From Malacoraja senta (lineage: Eukaryota): a DNA stretch of 64,000 nucleotides. Position 1 is the stretch's first letter. Each line of letters opens with the position of its first letter. This document shows, piece after piece, positions 23,701-38,032 of this stretch. The DNA lies in contig CM075982.1 in NCBI GenBank assembly GCA_038087875.1, forward strand, positions 15,562,001 through 15,626,000, read 5' to 3'. The notes below the pieces were generated by a model, which saw only the letters and a program-made list of their open reading frames with translations, made no database searches and was not told where the DNA came from. The position numbers and the translations under genes were made by a program.

Positions 23701-26700
23701 TCATATTCAAGAATAGATTATTTATTTATAGATAATAGTCTCAACACGTGTTTCCTTGGATTATTCAAGTATTCTAATATCTGATCATGCACCATTATTT
23801 CTAGATATTCAGTTATCCAAACAGAAATCTACCGCCCTGCCCCCCCCCCCCCACCTCCTTTGGAGATTCAACTCATTATTGTTGGCTGATAAGACATTTT
23901 GTGAATCTGTTTCAAACTCAATTGTTGAGTTTCTCTTCTTTAACCAGAGTGAATCTACATCATTTTCATTAATTTGGGAGTCGCTGAAAGCTTTTCTTAG
24001 AGGGCAGATTATCTCATATTCCTCCTATTCTAATAAAAAAACGCAATACCCGGCTTACTGAGCTTGCATCTGCTATTAATAGCCTTGATCAAGAATGTTC
24101 ATCCGATCCTTCTCCAGAACTATTTAAGAAGCGTCTTAATCTTCAGGCGGAGTTTGATCTTATTTCTACCAGAAGTGCTGAGCGACTGTTACATACTTGT
24201 GGTACTTATTATGAACATGGTGATAAACCAAATCGATTACTAGCACACCAATTAAAATGTCAGTTCACCTCACGTCTTATACCTCAAATTAATAATGTTT
24301 CTAACATGACTGTTACGGATCCTGTGGAAATGAATGCCACATTTAAATCATTTTATTCTTCCCTATACAAATCAGAATTCCCTGCTGATACTACCAAAAT
24401 GAATCAGTTCCTGGCCAATCTTGAGAATCCTACCATTGATTCTGACCGTGCCAAAGAATTGGATGTTCCAATTTCGCTTGGAGAACTACGTTTTGCAATT
24501 ACAGCAATGAAATCTAACAACGCCCCAGGTCCTGATGGATTTCCACTTGAGTTTCTAAAGAAATTTATTGATAAATTGGCACCTCTACTTTTGTTGATGT
24601 TCAATGAATCATTGGAAAATGGTTTGTTACCTCCCACACTGACTCGAGCTTCAAGAGTTCTTCTTTTAAATAAAGATAAAGACCCCACTTCCTGTGGTTC
24701 TTATAGACCTCTGGCTTTACTGAATGCTGGTGTAAAAGTTTTGGCCAAAATTATTACTATCCGTCTAGAGAGGGGTTTGTCTAGTATTATTTCTGAGGAA
24801 CAGAATGGCTTTATTAAGGGACGCCATTTATTTTTCAACACTTGTACTCTGTTAAATATTATTCATTCAACACATTCTGATAATTTACCTGCGATTGTAA
24901 TCTCATTAGATGCTGAGAAGGCATTCGATAGGGTCGAGTGGGGGGTACCTATTCGCGGTATTGAAGAAATTTGGTTTTGGATATAAATTTATCAGTTGGG
25001 TAAGATTATTTTATGCATCGCCACAAGCTAGTGTTCAAACAAATGATATTCGTTCTGAATACTTTGCAATAGAACGTGGGACACGTCAGGGCTGCCCTTT
25101 ATCTCCATCTTTCTTCGCTTTGGCTAATGAACCACTGGCCATTTCTTTAAGGTCCTCCACTTCCTTTAAAGGTGTTGTTCGTAACAGTGTTGAATATCGT
25201 TTTTCTCTGAATGCAGATGATTTGTTGCTGTATGTAACTGATCCTGCATCTTGTCTTCCGGGTATCCTAGCAATTCTGGATATTTTTCGTTCTTTTTCAG
25301 GATATAAACTAAATCTTCAAAAGAGTGAATGTTACCCCATTAACGCAGCAGGTTTGCAACTTCAGGAAGCTGATTTGCCCTTTAAAGTCTCTCGTTCTGG
25401 ATTCAAGTATCTTGGCATCAATGTGACGCGTACATTCTCAGGTCTTTTGTCTGCCAACTTTACCCTGTTCATGACTAAAGTGAAATCTGATTTTCAGAGA
25501 TGGAATAATCTGCCTCTCACTTTAATTGGGAAGATTAATGTTGTTAAAATGAATGTTTTGCCTAAATTTCTTTATTTGTTTCAATCAATTCCCTTATTCT
25601 TACCAAAACATTTTTTGACTCCTTAGACAAAATGATTAGCTCTTTTATTTGGGGTGCGAAGCCCCCGAGGGTCTGTAAATCATTACTCCAACGATGTAAG
25701 TTCAGTGGTGGTCTCGCTTTACCGAACTTTCAATTCTACTACTGGGCTACTCACATTAATAAAATACGTTGTTGGGTTGATTTTCCTTATTTAGCTTCGT
25801 GCGAACTGGAAGCCCGCTCTTGCCCTCCTTCATCCTCTATATCTGCTCTTATATATTCCTCTCTTCCAACCAAGATTTCATTGTTTATCAAAAATCCCGT
25901 TGTGCTTAATACTTTAAAGATTTGGTATCAATTCAGGAAACATTTCAAATTTGTAGCTGCATCTCCTTTAGGTCCATTATGTAACAATCACCTGTTTCCT
26001 CCCTCACATTTAGATTCAGTTTTTTCGGTATGGCATAACAGGTATACAATGTTTTCTTGATCTGTTTTCAGATGGTATTTTTAACAGCTTTACCAATTTA
26101 TCATCATTGTATGGATTACCAGCAAATCATTTTTTTAGGTACTTCCAAGTTAGACACTTTGTTTCTAAATGTTTTTCTAATATTCCTTCTTCGCCTCCAC
26201 GACAAATATGGGATAGTTTGATTACTTTCAGGACACAACAAAGAGGGATTGTTTCAGAGATGTATAATCGCATTCTGGATCTTTGCGATCAGTCCAACTC
26301 TAAACCAAGGGCTGCTTGGGAGGAAGTGCTGGGACTTCAACTTACTGAGGAGTGGTGGGATAACATTGTGGGTGGGCCATGTACTGTTACGTCTTGCACT
26401 CATTCAGTTTAAGGTTATACATAAGGTCCATTTTTCTAAATCAAGACTGTCTGGGATTTATCCAGAGGTGGAGGATAAATGTGATAGATGTTCGGGCCCA
26501 CACTGTCATCTGAGCCATATGTTTTTCCTTTGTCCACGATTACATAAATTTTGGTCCGGCTACTTTAATATAATGTCTACCGTAATGGGAATACCTCTAC
26601 AGCCATGTCCATTCATTGCCATTTTTGGGGCCCCGGATGAGTCGGGTCGATTAAACTCTATGCAAAAAGAAATTATTAATTTTACATCTTTAATAGCCAG

Positions 26701-27399
26701 ACACTGCCTACTCCTACAGTGGAAATCCCCTAACCCACCCTCTGTGTCACAGTGGCTCAAAGTTGTAGTGTTTTTTCTTAAACTTGAGAAATTAAATATA
26801 CATTGAGGGGATGTACTGATTTTTTTCACAAATGGCAACTTTTTTTATCATACTTTACAGACTTGCAGGTTCTGCCAAAGGGCTGGTTTGTTAAATGTTA
26901 TGTGTAGGTGCACTCTTCACTCTTAATTAGCCAGGGTGGGATGGGTGGGGTGTGTGACTGATGGTATGGTTGCATTATATATACATTTTATTATTATTTT
27001 TTAAATACTTTTCTTTTAAATTATTTCTATTTATTTATGTTTCTGATTTATTTATTTTCTTTTGTGTATTATTTGAGTGTTTCTTATTAACATGTCTTTT
27101 TTCATTTGTGTTGATTTATTTAAATGTAAAATAAAAAATAATAAAAACCCTTTTTGTTATAGTAATAAAACTCATTTATACCTGTATTAATGTATTTCAT
27201 CCATCATTTAAATCACATTTATATTTGTTTTTATTTAAGTTTCTAGAAGTCCATGGTGCGCGAGTGACATTGGAGGGGTATAATAATGGATCAGAGGTGT
27301 ATTGTTGAATTATTATTGATGTGACCTCTGTTGGTCTGGTAAAACCAATAATCTGGCACGGCTCTGGACCAAGGGTGCCGAAAATCGGTGGTGTATTTG
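20793..27399 (+). mobile_element. Tigger/pogo DNA transposon, internally deleted and split by an L1
   Basis: TA-flanked TIRs caggtacaccgccgattttccggca / tgccgaaaatcggtggtgtatttg; CENP-B-type HTH remnant KQAKLFHKELKL...YSEGWLQR...VCGEKLS at about 21240-21525. Confidence 0.85.
21549..27144 (+). mobile_element. Full-length, degenerate L1-clade LINE (ORF1 about 21709-22595; ORF2 about 23097-26880)
   Basis: ORF1 EDLECRSRRNNIRIVGVPE; APE TWNIRG, DIVFLQET, GGDLN, SDHAP; RT APGPDGF, YRPLALLN, SLDAEKAFDRV, RGTRQGCPLSP, ADDLLL; C-terminal CDRC..H.F..C; 13-bp TSD aaaccctttttgt at 21536-21548 and 27145-27157. Confidence 0.95.
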
Positions 27400-27603
27400 T
27401 ATTTCTGTTACAAAGAAAGGAATATTTTTTTATTATGTTGCCAATCTATTAATGAAAAAATGGAAAGGCTTAGTTCTGATTTAAATGTGGTGAATATTTC
27501 ACCAAAAACTATGTAGGAAGTGATGTACATTTTTTCCCCTTGTGCATGTTTCTTATTGTTCAATTATTTAAGGAATTATAATTAATCACACTTTATTTTC
27601 CAG

Positions 27604-27675
27604 CAAAGGAAGAGTGGAACACTAGGATCACTAAACTAAGGAGGATGGTTGAGGAACTCTTCAGCAAGAAATATG
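27604..27675 (+). CDS. GTF2I: GTF2I exon, copy 1 (72 bp; start of I-repeat 3)
   Basis: ccag|CAAAG...TATG|gtacgt; (A)KEEWNTRITKLRRMVEELFSKKY. Confidence 0.95.
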
Positions 27676-28460
27676 GTACGTATTCTTAACACTTACGTTT
27701 TTTTTAGTTGAATTTTCTTCTCTTGATCTACTATCATAAATTGAATGATTCATCCTTGAATGAGAATCATGAACTTCTACAAAAATGTTATTGATCTCAT
27801 ACAAACACAAATTCAAGCCGTTCATACTGGGGCAAGTTGGAATAAAAGCAATCTGTGGTATTCTCTCCTCATCTATGTTGTTAACAATGCCTGGATGTCA
27901 ATTCTTCATTGCAGCCAGAGATAATGGTAAATATCCCTTCTCATATTTGTTGAACTCCTGATTAAATGTAAACAAAGCTCAAAACTTTGAGTGCCGAACA
28001 CAAAGTTCTCAGTGTCAACAGGGAGATGAACAGAGTTGCATTTTAGGTCAAAGGACCTTTCTTCAAAACTGGAAAAGTGCGAACACCAGTTCTGGGGTTG
28101 GTGAATCGAGAGAATGGGATGAGTGTCTGTGATGGCGTTCAGGTGATACTCACCAAAGTAACAATTCATTAATATATATTTTTTAAAACAGTTGATAAAA
28201 TATGCTGCAGAGATGAATTGGAAACAAAGGTACAGTCAGTTTGGTGTAGGAATTGGAAAGGGTTTTTACATGAACTTATTAAACTTGAAGTCCTGCGGTT
28301 GTAATCTGAAACATACCCATGTTTGTAAATACGGTCTTCAGTAATGTTGTCAGGAAGTGAAACTTCAGCAAATAATCTTGACATTTTGCATGCACGACTA
28401 GCATGCCAATCATATTAGATTTTTCACCAACAAAGGTATGTATTTCAATTCTGATGTTGA

Positions 28461-28694
<234 letters not shown>

Positions 28695-28807
28695 TAAAAG
28701 CCTACACGGCGATGCTGGAAATCTGAGAAAAGCTGAAAATGCATAATTTGCTGAGAAGCAGAGTCAATGGTTCTGTTTTGCTAATCTTTCAGTTGAAAAA
28801 GAATTGT

Positions 28808-28838
<31 letters not shown>

Positions 28839-28859
28839 ATTCTAGCAAGTAGTGCAGAT

Positions 28860-30200
28860 CAAATCAGACCTACTCAAAGGTAATGCAAGGTCGAATTTTT
28901 TGATGTTAACGGGCAGTGATGGCAATCAGTGGAGTAGTATGCTCCTCTTTGTATGATGTGGGAGGTCAGGGACATGTCTAGTGTCCCCGCAGCTCTCGGA
29001 TTGCAAGGATTGGTGGAGAAGGCAGAGGGTGTTTGAGATGGTGTGGTCACACTATGGTGCAGACTGATAGATGGGCGATAGCCAGTACGGGAAGGTAGGT
29101 AGTGCAAGATTTCCCTGTCAATAAGTATACTGCTTTCAACACCGTTAGTGTGGAGACTAAAGATGCCGTTATGATTAGAGACTCCATAGTTAGAGGGGTT
29201 GATAGGGTTCAGTGAAGAAGACTCCAGGGTGGCATGTTGATTTCCCCGTGCTAGGTTCAAGGTATCTGGAAAATTGTAGAAATATTTCAAGGGAGAGGGT
29301 GAGCAGCCAGAGATTGTTGTACACATTGGTGCCAATGACATAGGTAGAAAAGAGATGTCCTGCAAAGTGAATATATGAAGTTGGGCTGAAGTTTAAAATA
29401 AACAGGACCACAAGGGTGATAATCTCTGGGTTATTGTTAGTGTCAAGTTATTGAGGCAAGGAATAGGAGGATGAGACGTATTAATGTGTGTCTGAAGAGC
29501 TGGTGCAGGATGGTAGTATTAGAGGTCTTCAAGCGTGAGGATCTCTTCTGGGGCAGGTGTGACATGTACAAGAGTGAGAGTTGCACCTGAACTTGAGGGG
29601 GGGGGGGGGAGACCAATATCTTGACGGGGACATTTGATAGTGATTGTGAAGGTTTTACCTACTCTGGCAGAGGAGTGGGACCAAAGAATTTGGAACTAAT
29701 GCTTTGCATCTGTTTACATAGAAAAGGGGGCGTGATGAAGATATTGACATTGAGAAAAATGTGAAGTCTGAGAAATGATAAACAGGGATACTTTAAGTTG
29801 CCTAAAACTATAAATCACCAGGCCTAGAAAAAAATAATGGAGATAAATAAATAAGGCTAGGCTCTTAAAGGAGCAAATAACACTGACTTTCTAATATTGA
29901 TAGGCTACTGCCATGAGCTGGAACTTTATGGCAATTCTGCTGCCTAAAAAGGGAGACAGGAATAGAGTAAGTAATAATAGACCATGTAATCTGACATCAG
30001 AAGAAAAATGAAGGAAAGCAGTAATTAACATTTGGAGAAATGCAATTAATCAAGAATAATTAACATAATTGACTGATTGAACTTTTTGAGGTAATAAGGA
30101 AAACAGAAAAAATGGCGAGCAAGTGCCATTGAACATTAAATTCACAAGTACAAATATTTGTTTCAAAGCTCACCCCCTGGTGTCAAGAAAACTAATTGGA
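28860..30200 (+). mobile_element. Degenerate CR1 LINE fragments (ORF1 esterase region plus ORF2 remnants)
   Basis: EQPEIVVHIGANDIGRK (SGNH-like ORF1), KSPG-like and NNRP motifs; boundaries approximate. Confidence 0.6.
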
Positions 30201-30239
30201 TTGTTAGCAGTGTTGGCTAGATACTTCCTTCTTTTGCTT

Positions 30240-31043
30240 AAGAAGGAACTGCAGATGCTGGAAAATCGAAGGTAGACAAAAATGCTGGAGAAACTCAGAG
30301 GGTGAGGCAGCATCTAGGAGCGAAGGAAATAAGCGATGTTTCGGGTCAAGACCCTTTAGACTGATGTGGGGAGGCGGGAAGAAGAAAGGAAGAGGCGGAG
30401 ACAGTGGGCTGTGGGAGAGCTGGGAAGGAGTGGGGAAAGAGGAGAAAGCAGGGAACACCTGAAATTGGAGAAGTCAATGCTCATACCCCTGGGGTGTAAA
30501 CTACCCAAGTGAAATATGAGGTACTGCTCCTCCATTTACGGTGGGCCTCACTCTGGCCATGGAGGAGGCACAGGACAGAAATGTCGGAATCGGAATGGGA
30601 GGGGGAGTAGAAGTGCTGAGCCACCGGGAGATCAGATTGGTTATTGCGACCGAGCGGAGGTGTTGGGCGAAGCGATCGCCAAGCCAAGCGTGGTCTCACC
30701 GATGTAGAGCAGTTGAAACCTAGAGCAGCGGATGCAATAGATGAGGTTGGCGGAGGTGCAGGTGAACCTCTGCCGTACCTGGAAAGACTGCTTGGGTCCT
30801 TGAATGGAGTCAAGGGGGGGTAAAGCGACAAGTGTAGCATTTCCTACAGTTGCAAGGGAAAGTGCCAGGAGAGGGGGAGGCTTCCTTCTTTCCCCTCCCC
30901 TTTCCAGCTCTCCCACAGCTCACTGTCTCTGCCTCTTCCTTTCTTCTTCCCGCCGCCACCCCCACATCAGTCTGAAGAAGGGTCTCAATCCGTAAACGTT
31001 GCCTATTTCCTTCGCTCCATAGATGCTGCCTCACCCGCTGAGC
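30240..31043 (-). mobile_element. Penelope-like element 3' part (GIY-YIG endonuclease) with inverted terminal segment
   Basis: Minus-strand QVRQRFTCTSANLIYCIRCSRFQLLYIGET; flanked by cttccttcttttgct / cttccttccttttgct. Confidence 0.85.
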
Positions 31044-31336
31044 CTTCCTTCCTTTTGCTGTTAACTTGATTAGTTAGAATTGTCTTTACATTGTTGATGA
31101 TTGCCACAAGTCTTTATGAATACAAAATTGGTTTTTGAGGAGCTTTCAAGTGACAGATTAACATAGAAAACCATTGCAACAGTTGATGCAAATTGAAGTT
31201 TTTAGTTGATTGTGAATCTTCAATAATAATTTTAAGCAAAAATATTATATGTGAAAGTTTCCTTTCTTCACAAAACATAACCAAACTATCATTTTTTTAA
31301 CTCAAAGCCACCTGATGTAATCAATCTTATTTCTAG

Positions 31337-31395
31337 ATCAGACCTACTGGTGAATGAAACGACTGAGGCCAATATACAGAGATCAAGCACAACTG
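31337..31395 (+). CDS. GTF2I: GTF2I exon, copy 1 (59 bp linker after I-repeat 3)
   Basis: tctag|ATCAG...ACTG|gtaaga; (R)SDLLVNETTEANIQRSSTT vs human RPELLTHSTTEVTQPRTNT. Confidence 0.85.
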
Positions 31396-31849
31396 GTAAG
31401 ACAAACTGTCTGGTTATAAATGTGGTACAGATATTTGTTGGGTGATTAATCAGCAATTTGTAAGTTACATGCATAACAATTAATATTGTGATGATATTAA
31501 AGATGTCATCCTCTTTATGGGTTATTGGGACCAGCAAGGGAAAAATGGACAAAAAGCTTACATGTAAGGGCGAATGTCACATCGTAATGTAAAAAGTATG
31601 AACAGGAAAGATATAGGACCTGTTCATCTGGTCAGCCTGTGATAATGAGCCAGTAGCAGCAGATTCTCATAAAGAGAAATGAGCAACTTACAGGGGTCAG
31701 TATTGTCTGAACAGATGCAATATGCCAAGACAGAAAAGGCAAAGTTCCTCAAACTTGCATTTAGCCCTGTAACAGTACACGAGTCTGCAGGTATAAAGGT
31801 CAGAATTTGCTTCATGGTGGGAAGCAGAGGTGGCAGCAGATTTTTTTTC

Positions 31850-33015
31850 GGACTGGAGACCTGTATCTTGGGGATCATTGCTGGGCCCAATGCTGTTTGT
31901 TATCTATGTCGGGGGGGTCTCCAAACTATGGCCCGCGGGGCACATCAGGCCTGCCACAAGATTTTATCTGGCCCGCAGCAAGATCAGCGCAGACGGAGCG
32001 TGTGTCAGTTAGGCGTTGTAATGTTTGCTGTAAGACCCTGTTGAGTCTAGCACAATGAATGCAAGTCCGACATCTTGTAAGAAGAGTTTATTTCAACAAC
32101 CAACAGAAACTTCTAGAAGGTCACTTGTCATCAGTCACGAGGCTCAGGCAAACCTGGCAGCTTCTACTCGTGGCCTCAAGAGGGCACTGGCATTTACACA
32201 TTGATGACGAATACAAATGTTGCAAGGTGGCACTAGCATTTACATCACAGGCATTGAGTTGATTCGAGTCAGGGAGCACGGCGGCCCGGAGCTGCTCTTA
32301 GTGTAGAACCGAGACATCACAGGGCCGCCGTGAAGATGGGTGCAATGGGGTGGGGGGGCTTAGTTCGGCGGGGGGGGGGTGGGCTTTGTTTGGCAGGGGC
32401 GGGGGGCGATGGTCAGAATGGGTCAGCGGCAGGGGGCGGTGTTCGGCGGCGCGTTATAACATGCGATCGTTCTTCGCCTCTTCCTCCAGCCCCGACTCCA
32501 GGTATCGGCAGTCGGACATGCCTGACACGTTATTGATGGAGATTTCATCAAAGAGTGTTTGAGTTCATTAAATTATGAAACTGACATTTCCTTATTTTTT
32601 CCTCCGACCCGCAAAAATGTGCCAAATATATAATGTGGCCATCGTGCTGAAAAGTTTGGAGGCCCCTGATCTATGTCAATGCTTTGGATGAGAATGTACA
32701 AGGCGGTATGCAGATATACAAAAGTAGATGGTATCATAGCCAATGAAGGCTAGTTATCAAGAATTGCAGCAGGATCTTGATCAACTGGGCAAGTGTGCTC
32801 AGGAACTGCTTATGGAGGTTAATTCAGATAAGTGTACGATGTTGCATTTGGGAAGCCAATCCTGGGCAGGACCTTCACAGTAAATGGTAGGGCCTTGGAA
32901 TGTTGTAGAGCAGAGATATTTGCAAGTTTATAGTTCCTGAAAGTGGGTAGGGTGGTGAAGATGGCTTTTGACATGTTGTTCTTCATCTGTCAGGGAACTG
33001 AATATAGAAGTTGGG
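31850..33015 (+). mobile_element. Degenerate CR1 RT fragment, split by a MITE
   Basis: WRPVSWGSLLGPMLFVIY|VNALDENV continues across the insertion; YADT, LQQDLDQL. Confidence 0.65.
31910..32668. mobile_element. hAT-Charlie-type non-autonomous element
   Basis: Ends cgggggggtctccaaact / agtttggaggcccctg; perfect 8-bp TSD atctatgt at 31902-31909 and 32669-32676. Confidence 0.85.
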
Positions 33016-33134
33016 ATAGACACAAAAAGCTGGAGTAACTTCAGGACAGGCAGCATCTCTGGAGAGAAGGAATGGGTGACGTTTCGGGTCGAGACGTGCA
33101 ATCTAATGGGGAATCAAAAGTACCCAAGTTGTAA

Positions 33135-33505
<371 letters not shown>

Positions 33506-33670
33506 TAAGTTCTGAATTAAACATTTTAGTCCTTATGTTTCTTTTAAATTGGCATTAGCTTTTGTCCAATTAAAGTTCTGAAATATGGCATGAGGCATTG
33601 AATGCAATTACTTGTTGTAAAGTGTTCTTCACAGCTATTACTCACACTTATTTCAATGGTTTTCCGCCAG

Positions 33671-33729
33671 GCCAGACCTAGTAGAGCCGTACATTCCCGA
33701 TGGGTTGAAACAAGGGAATAGCACTGATG
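33671..33729 (+). CDS. GTF2I: GTF2I exon, copy 1 (59 bp after I-repeat 4)
   Basis: ccag|GCCAG...GATG|gtaagg; (K)PDLVEPYIPDGLKQGNSTD vs human KPELVISYLPPGM. Confidence 0.88.
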
Positions 33730-34046
33730 GTAAGGATCTGAATGTTTTCAACCCATGTTCAAAATGGTGACGTTGTGTAAATGTTAAAAGCTATATTTGT
33801 TAGTGAGGAATTTGTATTTGAATTTTCAACCTGAAATTTGGAGCAACACTCTGCGACATTGCTCATTGTTTATGCGATCTCTGCCACATTTCGCCCTTGC
33901 CATAGTTGGCCATTCTAGTTCTTGTCTGCGACAGCAAACTGAGAATTTGTTATTATAAGGGAAAGTATCAATTATCAATGAAAGGTATGATGATCTCATT
34001 GTTAGAGAACTGAAGAAATTCTGGACACATTTTGTTGGATATCACT

Positions 34047-34856
34047 CGGGGCTGTGGAGTTGATACCCAAAACACCCGACTCAGACTCCTTGATTTCTTA
34101 TGTATCCGACTGACTCTGACTCCTTGATTTCTTGTGTATCTGACTCTGACTCTAACCTTGATCCCTGGGTATAATAATACTAAATCTGCAATGATGGCAT
34201 TACACAAGATGGCATTTCATAAGAACTACATGAATCATTAGGCTACCTTTTAAACCCATGTCCTTAAAGTTTTGAGTCTAATGGTTGTAGCTATGCTCTT
34301 GTGTGTTTTCCATTGTTTATTCTTGAAAAAAAACATAATTCATTATGATGAAAGAAAAAAAACCCATATAGAACTATGACAACATTAAAATTCCATTGAA
34401 TTAAATAAAAAATATAAAACGCATTACCCCAAAAATTTATTAAACCAAGGCCACAGGTAAGAGCTAAATGGCTAAATTATGACCAAACAATTCTCAAGTG
34501 CAATAGAAATTAAAACTAAATGCATACGTAGTTAAGTTTGATACAAAAGTACATACCTAAAATTTATTAATAACTTGTCCTTGGGAACAGAATTGCTTCT
34601 GCCAGATCCTCTTTCATTGAATTGAAGTCCTTAATTCAATTAAGGACTATTTTCAGTGCGGAGAACAATCTCTCCACGCTGACCTGAGTGGGTGGTATGG
34701 TTGTTAAAAATCATAGCTGCAAATTTTTACTATTTCTGGATAAGTAGGGATGACTTCTTGTACTGTAAGTTTAGATGAGCGATCATATTTCTCTGCTACT
34801 TTTAAATCACCAAGAAAATCTTGCTTAAATTCCATTCATTTCACATCAAAAGGCTG
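34047..34856 (-). mobile_element. hAT element with dimerisation-domain remnant, truncated by the gap
   Basis: Terminus cggggctgtggagt with gactc(c/t) subterminal repeats; minus-strand IPPTQVSVERLFSALKI. Confidence 0.7.
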
Positions 34857-35056
34857 NNNNNNNNNNNNNNNNNNNNNNNNNNNNNNNNNNNNNNNNNNNN
34901 NNNNNNNNNNNNNNNNNNNNNNNNNNNNNNNNNNNNNNNNNNNNNNNNNNNNNNNNNNNNNNNNNNNNNNNNNNNNNNNNNNNNNNNNNNNNNNNNNNNN
35001 NNNNNNNNNNNNNNNNNNNNNNNNNNNNNNNNNNNNNNNNNNNNNNNNNNNNNNNN
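34857..35056. other. Assembly gap (200 N)
   Basis: Run of exactly 200 N. Confidence 1.
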
Positions 35057-35325
35057 CATGGGTTTAAGATTAAGGGATAAGCCCATTTAGAACGGAGATG
35101 AGAGTAAACACTTTTCGCAACAAGAGTTGTGAGTCTGTGGAATTCTCTGCCTCAGAGGGCGGTGGAGGCTGGTTCTCTGGATACTTTAAAGAGAGAGCTA
35201 GATCAGGCTCTTAAAGATAGCGTAGTCGGGGGATCTGGTGAGAACGCAGGAACGGGATACTGATTGGGGATGATCAGTCATGATCACATTGAATGGCAGT
35301 GCTGGCTCGAAGGGCCGAATGGTCT
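35057..35325 (+). mobile_element. CR1 LINE 3' end
   Basis: Homologous to 4810-5070 (tgtggaattctctgcc, gaatggcagtgctggctcgaagggccgaatgg). Confidence 0.75.
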
Positions 35326-35359
35326 ATCTCGTGAATAATTTCTTTCTGGATTTAAAAAA

Positions 35360-37815
35360 TATATATATTTTTATTTTATTAGAAGTAAGTACAGTCATAT
35401 GGCACCAAAACGCCTAATATATATTGACATATTACATTTTATGTACAGCTTTAAAAAAAAAAAAAAAAAAAAAAAAGAATAGATAATAAAAGATAGAAAA
35501 ACGTGTGATATATAGTGTGAGATGGAAAAAGGGATGAAAGAAGAAAAGTGAAGAGAAGAAGATAGAGAAAGAGTAGAAAGTAAGAGATTAAGGAGATCGT
35601 TATTTATATTCTTGACCATCCCTCACCCAGTCCTGGGACAGTTAGCTTCTACGATTCTGTTGCACCATATGCTTCCAAAAAGTCGACAAATGGGAGAACC
35701 ACTCGTTAAGATTTGGTCTAATTTATCTATTAGGAGGAATCGCATTTCCTCAAGATGTGCGGTGTCCAACATGTTTGAAATCCACATTTTAAGCGTTGGT
35801 ATGGGTGTATTTTTCCAAAATTTAAGTATAAGTTTTTTTGCCGTTATTAACCCATAATTTAAAAATAAATTTTGAGGTGAGTTCAATTTATGCCCGTCTT
35901 CCATTACTCCAAATATAATCATTTCAGTATTAGGTTCCATTTTTATCTGAATAATTTTGTAAATATTTCAAAAATACCACCAGAATTTATAAAGTTTTAT
36001 GCAGGAAACAAAAGAGTGTGTTATAGTTGCATTTTGGGATAAACATTTATCACAAATGGGGGACATATTTGGATAGAATTTATTCAATCTAGTTTTTGAA
36101 TAATATAATCTACGACCTCTCCCGACGCCGCGGCAACAGCACCCGGTGAGAACGGCCAGGAACATCGGGCCTTCGTAGAGGCAATAGCGGAGGCCTCAAT
36201 AGGCCTGACTTTGGGAGAACTGAGGATGGGGACTGGAGATTGTGCCTTCCCCCACAGTGGTAACCATTGTGGGGGGATGATTTTTGTATGCCGTGTCTAC
36301 TTTAGTCTGTGTCCAAGATGGCGGTCGGAAGGGAGAGTGTACGCTGGTGCGGTTTAGCTGCCGCTGCTCTCTCTTCACATTGTGTTTCTGGTTTATTTTT
36401 GTGTGTTTTTGGATCGAATTCTGTCTTTAATTTGTGTATTGGTGATGTCTTAATAATTTATTTTACTCCGATTATATGTTTCGTACTTGTTAAACTCTGT
36501 AAGGTGTCCTTGAGACTTTGGTATAAGGCGCCCATAAATAAAATTTATTATTATTATTATTATGTAAAAATTTTAAATTGAATTAAATTATGTCTTACAT
36601 TAATCGAACATTTGTTTATATATATCAAGTACTTTTTCCATGTTTCTTCGTGATTTTTATCATTAATTCTTGTTCCCACTCTTCTCTAAGTGCCTCTGTC
36701 GATGGTAGGTCTATATTTAAGATACTATTATATAAATATGATATTAATTTCTGTGAGTTAGCCTTAATATTCATTGCTTCTTCCAGTGGATCTAAAGTTA
36801 TGTTTTGATATCTTTGTATGTATTTCTTCATGAAGTTGCAAATCTATTGGTTATTTTTCAGTTTAAATTTTAATTGTAATTGTTGGAATGATAACAGATT
36901 TCCCATTTCATACATATCACCGATCCTTTTAATTCATTGATTTTAACCCATTGATTATATGTTTTATCAATAAGAGATGGTTTAAATAAAGGATTATTCA
37001 CTATTGGCATTAACAATGATAAGTTTTCTTAATTTTAAAGATAATTTTATTTTCCAAATTCTTATTGTATAATTGGGTTATTCTTATATATTGTGTTCAG
37101 TTTTATCGGGGAGAATAGGATCGCTCCTATGTTACAAGGAGAACCAATCCTCTTTCTCCATTCTTATCACATTCTGTTTGTTTGATAGAACTGTCCAACC
37201 AGTAAATTATATTCTTAATATGCACTGCCCAATAATAATACAAAAAGTTCGGAAGTGAAAGTCCCCCAACATCTTTTGGTTTACACAAGTGTTTTCTTTG
37301 GATTCTGTGTGATCTATAGTCCCAAATAAAATTAGTAATACGAGTCCAGTTAAAAAAAAAACAATATATATAATGGTATAGATTGAAATAGGTATAATAA
37401 TTGTGGTAAAAAGATCATTTTTATAGTGTTATTCTACCTATTAATGATAACGGAAGTGTTTTCCAGAATTTAATCAACGCGTTGAGTTTATTTAATAAAG
37501 GCATAAAATTAGCATTAAATAATGCTTTATATTTTCTAGTAATTTGAATACCCAAATACTTAAATTTTTCTGTTGCGATTTAAAAGGGAATTTTAATAGG
37601 TGTGTAGATTCTTTCACTTTTATTCCAATTTATTCTATATCCAGAAAAAGAACTGAATTCCTCTATTAAATTTAATAAGTTTGGTATGCTCGTTTGTGAA
37701 TTTGTAATGTATAAAAGTATATCGTCTGCATATAATGAAATTTTATTATTTGAGTCCCTAGTATTATATCCCTGAATATTCGGATGAATTCTTATACTTT
37801 CAGCCAGGGGCTCTT
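35360..37815 (-). mobile_element. 5'-truncated L1-clade LINE (ORF2 3' part) carrying a GC-rich insertion at about 36110-36560
   Basis: Minus-strand EPLAESIR, KISLYADDILLYITN, FSSFSGYRINWNKS, CDKCLSQNATITH. Confidence 0.85.
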
Positions 37816-38032
37816 CTTTCTGGATGATAAACAAAGTTTGAACTTTATTATTTCCACTATATGTGAAAATTTTACATGCATTTCGATGACAAATCTATAA
37901 CATGTGTAATTGTTTAATGGTATAAACTTCTGGATTTATTTGCTTATTTAATGCATTGCATGTCATTAGTTTGTTTAGTGAACCTGCCGTGGTTTCCAAA
38001 CAAGTCTCCTAACAGTTCTAATTTGACTTTAG

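Noticed and set aside
34750-35090. ORFs spanning the X run
   Set aside because: Artefacts of translating the N gap.
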